Shown here one piece after another: positions 8,526 through 15,756 of a stretch of DNA of 38,636 nt. The notes under the pieces are model-generated. The model was not told the origin of the DNA. It worked only from the letters and a program-made list of their open reading frames with translations, and made no database searches. How positions within the stretch are numbered: position 1 is the stretch's first letter; every line of letters starts with the position of its first letter. Source of the stretch: a virus (taxonomy: Duplodnaviria > Caudoviricetes); the IMG/VR virus record IMGVR_UViG_3300049144_000125, positions 1 to 38,636 of that record. One strand, written 5' to 3'. A program made the translations under genes and the position numbers.

Positions 8526-9170
8526 TTATCTAACAACCCTTTTTAAGCCTCCTGAATTTACTTTTATAGGTGCAGGGATAGTTGCTTGCTTTAGGGATTG
8601 AATAAATTGTGTGAATGATTCTGCCTGGAATATTTTAAATGGATAGTCACCATCGATTGCATATCTTTGGTCTGAAAGGATTAGAACATGTGGATTGTCA
8701 GATAACACACCACTATTATATAAATCCACATATCGATCTAACTTATCGTTCATTTGCTTTTCGCTGTAAAGGGTTCTCTGTACTTCAATGAAAAAAGGTG
8801 TTTTTCTAAAGCAACAATAAATATCAGGTTCAGCTCCTTCTCCTTTTTTTCCGTACTTAGGTTCCACAAGGAATGAATGAAGATCACCAAGCTTTTTCAT
8901 TTCTTTATATACATTAACAATCGCTAAGAAATGTCCTATTTTCGCACTGTTTTGCTTCATGTGAACGTCAGGCCCAAAATAACAATAAGGTACGAATGCA
9001 GTGCTTCTCTGAATCTTACCTTCCCTTAATAATCGTAATAGAACGTTGTTAGCAGCATATCTGGGATTTTTCAAATTACTGAAATGTAATTCTGCAATCG
9101 AATTACGATCCATCACACGGAATTTATTAAGGTCCTTAATGATTGCCTTATCGCGATTAGTCAACATCAT
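8526..9170 (-). CDS. Replication-relaxation (Replic_Relax) family protein
   Basis: MLTNRDKAIIKDLNKFRVM wHTH-like start, HFLAI, EPDIY, FFIEVQ, KLDRY (PD-(D/E)xK-like relaxase motifs); overlaps the FtsK gene stop. Confidence 0.85.
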   Translation of the reverse strand: MMLTNRDKAIIKDLNKFRVMDRNSIAELHFSNLKNPRYAANNVLLRLLREGKIQRSTAFVPYCYFGPDVHMKQNSAKIGHFLAIVNVYKEMKKLGDLHSFLVEPKYGKKGEGAEPDIYCCFRKTPFFIEVQRTLYSEKQMNDKLDRYVDLYNSGVLSDNPHVLILSDQRYAIDGDYPFKIFQAESFTQFIQSLKQATIPAPIKVNSGGLKRVVR

Positions 9171-10356
9171 TAAACACATCCTTTTCGGTAATTCGTTTAC
9201 TTAATTCCATTGGATTTACAGATTCATTTTTATCCTTTGCTATCTTTTTAAAACTATGGTTTCTCCAGTATTCAGATTTATAGTTTGCTAATATTTTTTC
9301 TGTCTTATCCTCATCCAGATATGGTGCTTTAAGCTCAGTTAATTCATCTAAATTCAGCAGGAACTTTCCTGGCTCATCCTTACTGATTTTTTCACTACCT
9401 GGAGTTTCACCAATCATGGCATTGCGAAGGTCAACAGTACGAAAACCCATCCTAACCGATAAAACGCCTCTGACATCTGTACTTAGGATTTTATGTGAGG
9501 GCCTTTGCATTGAAAGTATTAAATAAATGCCGTATGCACGACCAAGTGAAGCGATTTGAAGTAAGTCTGCCACAATATCCTCATCTTTTATCATGACAAA
9601 TTCATCTATACAGAGAACAATGTAAGGTGGCTTTTTATCTGAAGATAATTTATTTATATGCCGGATTCCATTATCTTTTAATAATTTTCCTCGCCTTGTA
9701 AGTTCAGTTTTCAAATGTGATAAGGCTGGGCCCAACTCCCTGGGCAGATAACTAACGCTTTTCACATGTTTGACACTTTCGTATAAATTGAACTCCGACA
9801 TTTTAAAATCTGCCAGATATAGCTGGAGTTCATCCGGATTATACAATTGAAGCAAGGTACAAAGAATGGAATGGAGAATGGAACTTTTGCCACTACCCGG
9901 CTGACCAAAAATCAATAAGTTAGGGTTATTCGTAGCGTCATAAAGACGCAGTTTATTATGAATGTCTTTCCCCGCCACAATAGGAAAGATTATTTTTTCC
10001 TGCCCGATAACCTGCAGTATCTCTTTGAAATCGTAGGTGACTGATTTAGGTAGGCTCTTAACATAAATGGTTAGTACAAACTTCTTTAAATCTCCTTCGA
10101 TTTCAATACTTTTGCCAAAGTGCTGTTTAAAAACAAATTCTTTTTTCTTCATTTCCTTAGGATCCATTCCGTTAAGCAATGTAAAAGTATACCGCAGAGA
10201 TTTATTTTCTTTATCAAAATAGATGTCATGAATTTTAGGGAAGATGGTACGTGCACTTCCACTTTTGCTCTTGTAAGATTTATATAGTTCGGCACTTCTA
10301 AATGCCTTAATTAATTCACTTTTTGCTTTTGATTTATTAAGAAAATCTCGAATCAT
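9157..10356 (-). CDS. FtsK/SpoIIIE family ATPase without N-terminal membrane domain
   Basis: Walker A GQPGSGKS, Walker B IVLCIDE, GRAYGI, SMQRPS. Confidence 0.93.
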   Translation of the reverse strand: MIRDFLNKSKAKSELIKAFRSAELYKSYKSKSGSARTIFPKIHDIYFDKENKSLRYTFTLLNGMDPKEMKKKEFVFKQHFGKSIEIEGDLKKFVLTIYVKSLPKSVTYDFKEILQVIGQEKIIFPIVAGKDIHNKLRLYDATNNPNLLIFGQPGSGKSSILHSILCTLLQLYNPDELQLYLADFKMSEFNLYESVKHVKSVSYLPRELGPALSHLKTELTRRGKLLKDNGIRHINKLSSDKKPPYIVLCIDEFVMIKDEDIVADLLQIASLGRAYGIYLILSMQRPSHKILSTDVRGVLSVRMGFRTVDLRNAMIGETPGSEKISKDEPGKFLLNLDELTELKAPYLDEDKTEKILANYKSEYWRNHSFKKIAKDKNESVNPMELSKRITEKDVFNDVD

Positions 10357-10368
10357 ATATGCTCCCCC

Positions 10369-10701
10369 TTATAAGGAAAATAAAAACCAACCAATGAAGC
10401 TAAAACCACCTATAGAAAAGGCTAATCTTGTTATTGTTTCAATCGCATCAGCTAAAGCCTCACGCCCTGAATTGGCCGCGGCCGTTTCTAAACAATGAGA
10501 TAACATACCAAATATCCCAACACCAATAACTACTGCATACAGGCCAGCAATCTCAGGTGACATATTAAAAAAGCTACTCACAGTAATTGATGGCATAAAT
10601 CCGTATATACTGTTATTAATGAGACTCTTCGACTGCTTAACGCGCTTCCCCGCCAGGAACGTTTTAAAGTCGATGGTCTCTATTTTTTGTTTTCTGAACA
10701 T
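10369..10701 (-). CDS. Small two-TM membrane protein, first gene of the FtsK/relaxase operon
   Basis: RBS GGAGGTG 8 nt before ATG 10701; two hydrophobic helices in the C-terminal half. Confidence 0.8.
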   Translation of the reverse strand: MFRKQKIETIDFKTFLAGKRVKQSKSLINNSIYGFMPSITVSSFFNMSPEIAGLYAVVIGVGIFGMLSHCLETAAANSGREALADAIETITRLAFSIGGFSFIGWFLFSL

Positions 10702-10969
10702 TTTGCTCACCTCCCAAAAGTTTTTTTATTTTTTTCATGATTTCATGTATTAATCATTACTCAAATGGGCACCGGTCGTTTTCCCTTCACTTCGTTCCGC
10801 CACTCTCCTTTAACAGATTTTGTTTTTGTTGTTGTACTTGCTTTATACCTTGTTCAAGTGCACTTACTCAAATCAGTTGAAACTGTTACGGAAGTGAAAA
10901 TTAAAACATCCGAATTCATTACGCAACTGTTTTGCTGCTGTTTATCAACTGTGTAGGATTCATGTTAAT

Positions 10970-10997
10970 AGCCTATGACGATGCGAAGTTTTATTGC
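10970..10997 (-). promoter_or_regulatory. Candidate sigmaE-type (mother-cell sporulation) promoter
   Basis: Minus strand GCAATA-N14-CATAGGCT resembles the B. subtilis sigmaE consensus (ATA...N14...CATAcaaT). Confidence 0.45.
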
Positions 10998-11044
10998 CTG
11001 TCTTAAGAAGTTTTTTTATCAATTAACGGAAATAAAGTTTTCAT

Positions 11045-11073
11045 AAAGGATTTGCAGAAAGAATATAGAATAA
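11045..11073 (+). promoter_or_regulatory. Candidate sigmaH promoter
   Basis: AAAGGATTT-N11-ATAGAATAA matches RNAGGAWWW-N11-12-RNNGAATWW. Confidence 0.55.
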
Positions 11074-11090
11074 TAGTCATGGGTGATTAG

Positions 11091-11288
11091 ATGAAATGTA
11101 ACATTGAAAAGTTAATCAAAGATCGTGGTTTAAAGAAGGGATTCATTGCAGAAAAGTTAGAGATCTCCCCTAAACAATTAAGGAATTATGAAACCGGGGA
11201 AAGTTACATCCCAATACCTAAAGCCTATAAATTGGCTAAATTATTAGGTGTGAAGGTCGATGATTTATATGAGGAGGAAGATAATTGA
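11091..11288 (+). CDS. XRE/Cro family HTH transcriptional regulator
   Basis: IAEKLEISPKQLRNYETG...P.IPKAYKLAKLLGVKVDDLY. Confidence 0.92.
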   Translation: MKCNIEKLIKDRGLKKGFIAEKLEISPKQLRNYETGESYIPIPKAYKLAKLLGVKVDDLYEEEDN

Positions 11289-11344
11289 AACTTTTATAAC
11301 TACTCATCGTAAGGAACTAATAAAACAAAAAGGGGAATCATATC

Positions 11345-11836
11345 ATGAAGAAAATTTTATCACTATCTTTAATGGCACTTGTTTTAGTCTTAGGTGCATG
11401 TGGTGATGACGAAGCCACAAACGTAGATGTAAAAAAAGAGGAAACACCAAAGAAAGAAGTCAAAACAGAAGAGAAAATTAATGTGGATATTGAAGTAAAT
11501 GAAGAAATAACTGGTGGAAAAGCGACTTTCACAGGAACGACGAACTTACCTGATGATTCAGAATTGATGATAACATTGAGTAACGAAAATGGATATAAAG
11601 GTCAAACTAAGGTAGTTGTCGAAAATGGAGTTTTTGAAAGTGAAACATTCAGCAATAAAGGGGTAGCCTTAGATTCCGGAACCTACCAAGTGAAGGTAAC
11701 AATGAGCATATCTAATACACAACCGGAGAGTGTACAAAAAGTCATCGGAGACGATTCTAAAAATTTAGAGGGTGAATTGGTTGAAGATGGTGAAATAGGA
11801 CGTACTGTTTCTTATTCTAAAGACTTTGAGATTTAA
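11345..11836 (+). CDS. Lipoprotein of unknown function
   Basis: MKK + hydrophobic stretch + lipobox LGAC, K/E-rich linker, beta-rich domain. Confidence 0.85.
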   Translation: MKKILSLSLMALVLVLGACGDDEATNVDVKKEETPKKEVKTEEKINVDIEVNEEITGGKATFTGTTNLPDDSELMITLSNENGYKGQTKVVVENGVFESETFSNKGVALDSGTYQVKVTMSISNTQPESVQKVIGDDSKNLEGELVEDGEIGRTVSYSKDFEI

Positions 11837-11841
11837 AACCT

Positions 11842-12090
11842 ATGAACATTAATATAAAGGTTTACTTACATTCAAAAGAAACAAAGTTTTTACAAAGTGG
11901 TAGTTTCCCTGTGTTAGTTTCAGATTTTAAAAGGGATCCTAATTGGGCTGCAGCGATTGCAGCCTACGAGTGGATTCAACAAATTAAAATTCACTTTGCC
12001 GCAAGTGAGGATTTTCGTATAGATCAAGTGGTTTATAACGATGATAATGATATTACGGAGTTAGTTAAGAAGGTTAGGTCAGTAGATTAA
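11842..12090 (+). CDS. Hypothetical phage protein
   Basis: 82-aa ORF packed 5 nt behind the lipoprotein gene; natural composition; weak RBS. Confidence 0.7.
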   Translation: MNINIKVYLHSKETKFLQSGSFPVLVSDFKRDPNWAAAIAAYEWIQQIKIHFAASEDFRIDQVVYNDDNDITELVKKVRSVD

Positions 12091-12125
12091 AACAATCTAC
12101 TAAAACATGAAATAGGAGAGATAAC

Positions 12126-12863
12126 ATGGGGGATAATCCGAATGATGAACTTAGACGACAAATACAAAATATAATGGGACCTTTTCAACAAATGCAAAGT
12201 AAAATGCAAAGTATGAATAGTCAAATGGCTGCACCTTTACGTCAAATGCAAAGTAAAATGCAAAGCATGAATAGTCAAATGGCTGCACCTTTACGTCAAA
12301 TGCAAATTTCCTTGGATCATCTAAGAAGATCAGGTGCATTTTTCTCTAGAGAAGAACTTTCAAAAATGTTAAATGAAAATAGTGCTTTAATTTCTCATAT
12401 GACTTTATATAAAAATATTTTAGATACGATTGATGAAGAATCTTTTGAGAGAATTCAAGATGTATTTGAAGAGGAACTTCACGATGTATTTGAAGAGGAA
12501 CTTCATAATGAAGAAAATAATTCTTTGGAAGAAGAAATCAAAATTGTTTATCCTTCTTTTTATAATGCAGGGGTTACTATTAATACGTATGTACTAGTGA
12601 CAGATAATCAAATAAATACTAATAAGGATATAAGTGCAGAAGAAAGAAGCGTTTGGGAGAAGCGAATTAAACCTGCTTTAATCTTGATAGGTAATTTGTT
12701 TATGATTTGGGCTACAAGTAATACCCCTATAAAGGAATGGAATATTTTTGAACCTTTTCAAAAGGTTGCAAACATAATTGAAAATTATGAGTATCCTTTA
12801 GAAACAACCGATATTGAAATAGACTACCCGACTGATATTAAAGATAATGAAAAAAATGAGTAA
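12126..12863 (+). CDS. Hypothetical acidic protein with internal tandem duplications
   Basis: RBS AGGAGA; 245 aa; 18-aa and 8-aa in-frame repeats. Confidence 0.78.
   Translation: MGDNPNDELRRQIQNIMGPFQQMQSKMQSMNSQMAAPLRQMQSKMQSMNSQMAAPLRQMQISLDHLRRSGAFFSREELSKMLNENSALISHMTLYKNILDTIDEESFERIQDVFEEELHDVFEEELHNEENNSLEEEIKIVYPSFYNAGVTINTYVLVTDNQINTNKDISAEERSVWEKRIKPALILIGNLFMIWATSNTPIKEWNIFEPFQKVANIIENYEYPLETTDIEIDYPTDIKDNEKNE
12189..12306 (+). repeat. 54-bp in-frame tandem repeat (2.2 copies)
   Basis: Units start at 12189, 12243 and 12297 (partial); one mismatch between the full units; encodes QMQSKMQSMNSQMAAPLR. Confidence 0.95.
12459..12506 (+). repeat. 24-bp in-frame tandem repeat (2 copies)
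   Basis: GATGTATTTGAAGAGGAACTTCAY x2, encoding DVFEEELH. Confidence 0.95.
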
Positions 12864-12933
12864 AATTAGCCCTCATTTACATTTTATTTTGATTAGTTCT
12901 CTAAGGCCTGTCTTATAAAAAGATGGGCTTTTT

Positions 12934-13010
12934 CTAATCTTCTACGATCAAACCAATAACATCATCAAACTGAATATACTCAAAGAAACTATCTTTCTTC
13001 CAAACGTATG
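12934..13010 (-). pseudogene. Probable YolD-like protein C-terminal remnant
   Basis: KDSFFEYIQFDDVIGLIVED* resembles YolD-family C-termini that are common at this position in Bacillus prophages; no start codon. Confidence 0.45.
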
Positions 13011-13147
13011 ATATTATACAGGCAAATAGACAGACAAATTAGAATTTGTATTATGCTACTGTGTTCACAAATGAAGCCTTTTGATATAATACAGATAGAA
13101 TGAAAAACTCGAATTACATTAATAATTTTTTTCAGGAGGGAATTTTG

Positions 13148-13354
13148 ATGATACATACGAAAACGCCTGCAGGATTTTACGATGAGAATGATTATTGGAT
13201 TGTTTCATACTTTGACATGCGATCAGACAATCCTGATGATCACAAAGAGGTAATTCGTGAGTATGGTGATTGTGATAATGCTTACGAAGATTATTGCTCT
13301 TTTAAAAAAAAATGGTGGACAAAAGACTGCACATATGAGCACCATAGAAGATAA
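13148..13354 (+). CDS. Hypothetical 68-aa protein (stand-alone moron)
   Basis: Extended -10 TGATATAAT (13082-13090), RBS AGGAGG, ATG 13148, terminator AAGACA-TTTCGG-TGTCTT-T-run at 13433-13455. Confidence 0.75.
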   Translation: MIHTKTPAGFYDENDYWIVSYFDMRSDNPDDHKEVIREYGDCDNAYEDYCSFKKKWWTKDCTYEHHRR

Positions 13355-13496
13355 ACCTAACTATAAAGAAAATTTCCGATAAAATTGGAGTATAAATTTC
13401 AGTTTATCGGTGAGCTTGTTTTGAAAGTACATAAGACATTTCGGTGTCTTTTTTTATTTAATCGCCTATTTTCCCAGTCAGACCTAATTGTTATTT

Positions 13497-13528
13497 CTTC
13501 CACTAACCTGCCCCTTTAGTTCATTAAG
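13497..13528 (+). repeat. Copy of the palindromic repeat inside the prophage
   Basis: CTTCCACTAACCTGCCCCTTTAGTTCATTAAG; same orientation as the copies at 2.4-5.4 kb. Confidence 0.75.
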
Positions 13529-13560
13529 AAATTCAACAACACCTTTAACAAAGCTTCAAC

Positions 13561-13599
13561 AAAAAAAATAGCCCCTACTCAATACGAGTAAGGGCTATT
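13561..13599 (-). terminator. Terminator after endolysin
   Basis: AATAGCCC-C-TACTC-AATAC-GAGTA-A-GGGCTATT with A-run on the left. Confidence 0.8.
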
Positions 13600-13601
13600 G
13601 A

Positions 13602-14578
13602 TTATGCTGCAAACAATTTGGTGAAAGTAGCTTTACCTGCCTTCTTATCTGCAGTAATCTTTCTAGCCTTCTGGAACTTATATAACGCTGACTCTGTGGC
13701 TTTACCAAAGTCAGAATCAAGTGATCCAGGATTTAACCCTTCAGTGTAAAGTGCAGCCTGTAGAATCCAAGTAAGATTACCTTTTGCGCCTTTTTCAACA
13801 GTAACGATGGCAGCCTTTGTTTTAGCTCCCCATTTACCGTCCACAACTAGTTTTTTATTAAACTGCTTATTAAGTTCCGTTTGTAGAGCTTTGATCAGTG
13901 CTGTTTGAGTTTTCTGTCCATTAATTCCGTCCACAACAAGATCAGTATCATAACGGCTGTTTAATGTTTTTTGAATGGACCTAATTGTTTCGTCACCTTT
14001 GTTCTTGGATGGCTCCTTAGTGACCTCTGCAGCAACCTCAGTCTTTGGAGGAACAGTAACAATGGTTTCAGTTTCATTCTCGAATTTCAATGAAAGACTT
14101 GGCTTTTTACCTGATTGCATCTGTGAGTAGGATAGCCCACCCGTCATTTCCAAGTGTGGATAGTCTTTAAATCCGGACCAATCTCCACCCCATTTAAATC
14201 CTAACTCCTTGCCAATAGCTGCAACCCTTCTCCATTTCGTATTGATAGTCCACAAGGCGGTTTTTCCGTCATCGCTAACAATGAAGAAGTCAACGGCAAC
14301 CCCAAAGTTATGAAAGGTTGCCCTGGCTTAGCATTTGTCACTTTTGCTTTTGCTAGATTGCTATAATTTTTCCCGCGGTAGCTATAATATAGACGCCCTT
14401 GTCCGTACAATGCAGCCTGTTCTTCCATAGACCGATAACCTGCACTTATTTGAGCGTAAATACCTTCTTTATATGCACGTTTAATCATTTCTAAAGCTGA
14501 TGCCTTCACAACTGTATTCATGCCAGAACCCATATTTTTAACTGAACGATCCAATAAAGTTTGCAATGCTACTATCAT
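13602..14578 (-). pseudogene. Endolysin, M15-family L-Ala-D-Glu peptidase with peptidoglycan-binding domains, split by a 1-bp deletion
   Basis: YRSMEEQAALYGQGR...VTNAKPGQ in one frame; FHNFGVAVDFF...WGGDW..FKDYPHLEM in the next. Restoring one base between 14317 and 14318 gives GQSFHNFG. Confidence 0.9.
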
Positions 14579-14606
14579 TTTTCATCGTCTCCTTTTAATT
14601 TAAAAT

Positions 14607-14630
14607 AAAAAGCCACCCGATGGGCAGCTT
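14607..14630 (-). terminator. Terminator-like hairpin between holin and endolysin
   Basis: Minus strand GCTGCCC-ATC-GGGTGGC-TTTTT. Confidence 0.6.
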
Positions 14631-14901
14631 ATTTTGAAGTTCCTTCTCTTTTGGCAACTAACTCATAAAGGCCTGTCCCACCAAGGCCAGCGAATGCACC
14701 GGCCCATAACCTTAAAACTAAATCCATTTCTGTGAACGGAAAGGCTACTGAACCTACTGCAAGACCAATTACTAAGCTCAGGATAGGTAGAACATTATTT
14801 GGCAAGGTTACAGTTTGTTTTACTACCTGGACCACTGCCGCGACGATTGGAGCTAAAATAGTTGTAAAAATTAATACCTGTTGCATTACTTCGTTATCCA
14901 T
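14629..14901 (-). CDS. Holin (A118-like, three TM)
   Basis: RBS GGAGG then MDNEVMQQVLIF; RLWAGAFAGLGGTGLYEL motif; directly upstream of the endolysin. Confidence 0.9.
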   Translation of the reverse strand: MDNEVMQQVLIFTTILAPIVAAVVQVVKQTVTLPNNVLPILSLVIGLAVGSVAFPFTEMDLVLRLWAGAFAGLGGTGLYELVAKREGTSK

Positions 14902-14905
14902 ATGA

Positions 14906-15262
14906 TCAACCTCCGAATGTTTTTGTGATTTCTCCCCAAAATGCAATTATGGCAGTGAGAATGCCAACAAATCCCCCACCACCAAGTAATCCTAAAACAA
15001 TTTCCTTACGTGAACTAATCTTTAATTTAGAAACTTCTCCTTTAGTCTCTTCCTGCTTAACAGTAATCCCAAGGCTGTGCTCAATTAATTTATTAAGCAA
15101 GTCTTTCTGATCACCAGAAGATTTAAGGACCACGTTTTGAATTTCCAATTGACCCTTTTCCATGCTATTAATCTTATCGATAACCTCACCATAATTGGTC
15201 TCCAATTTCGATATTCGTTGCTCATGATTCTCTAAACGTTGTGGCATGTCCATCTCCTCCAA
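14906..15262 (-). CDS. XhlA-like lysis-associated protein (coiled coil plus C-terminal TM)
   Basis: RLENHEQRISKLE coiled coil, C-terminal hydrophobic helix, immediately before the holin; exact start uncertain. Confidence 0.72.
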   Translation of the reverse strand: MEEMDMPQRLENHEQRISKLETNYGEVIDKINSMEKGQLEIQNVVLKSSGDQKDLLNKLIEHSLGITVKQEETKGEVSKLKISSRKEIVLGLLGGGGFVGILTAIIAFWGEITKTFGG

Positions 15263-15328
15263 TGTCCATGACCCCCTTAAACATAAAATTCTCTCTATCT
15301 CTGTATGTCTAGGTTGTATATAAATAAT

Positions 15329-15355
15329 AAAAAAGCCGTCCTTTTGGGACGACTT
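15329..15355 (-). terminator. Terminator after small membrane peptide gene
   Basis: Minus strand AAGTCGTCCC-AAA-AGGACGGCTTTTTT. Confidence 0.65.
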
Positions 15356-15388
15356 GAATTGTAGCTATTTAGTTTTCAAAAATTGAAT

Positions 15389-15508
15389 CTAAAATAAAGT
15401 ACTAATGATTAATTTAATCCACCCAATAAGAGAAATCCATAACGATATGCTCAAAGTAGTACCATACAAAAGACCTTTTAAAAAATCCCCTTCGTGTTTC
15501 CCCACCAT
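15389..15508 (-). CDS. 39-aa single-TM peptide
   Basis: Below ORF-track cutoff: MVGKHEGDFFKGLLYGTTLSISLWISLIGWIKLIISTLF*; RBS GAGAGGTG; own terminator. Confidence 0.7.
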   Translation of the reverse strand: MVGKHEGDFLKGLLYGTTLSISLWISLIGWIKLIISTLF

Positions 15509-15756
15509 ATTGAACACACCTCTCTTTAGCTCATTATAAATAAAAGTGAAAGTATTTTCTAATTACATGTTTTATTTGTTACGTAGAAACTGTTAATCAC
15601 TTTCACTTATATTATCGTCAGGACGAGCAAAGATTAAATAAAAAGAGTTTAGCTTTATTTACTATCAGCTTTTTTTGTAATGCTGAAAAACCTTCAGCTA
15701 CTTCCTCAAACTGAACTGAAAGAACTGCTATTTCGTGTTCTTTCTTCGCAAGCTTT

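Noticed and set aside
8267-8601. Plus-strand ORFs across the att region
   Set aside because: Overlap the att core, arm repeats and relaxase 3' end; no RBS
8526-10701. FtsK/relaxase genes as a separate ICE or integrated plasmid
   Set aside because: They lie inside the att/arm-site boundary, contiguous with phage genes, with no T4SS genes or separate integrase in the window
10765-10956. 63-aa plus-strand ORF
   Set aside because: No RBS; antisense to the presumed operon leader
12189-12306. 54-bp repeat as CRISPR or diversity-generating retroelement repeat
   Set aside because: Direct tandem in-frame duplication with no spacers, no adenine-specific variation and no reverse transcriptase
14300-14335. 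Endolysin split as programmed frameshift or intron
   Set aside because: No slippery sequence and no inserted sequence; a single missing base in the catalytic motif explains it
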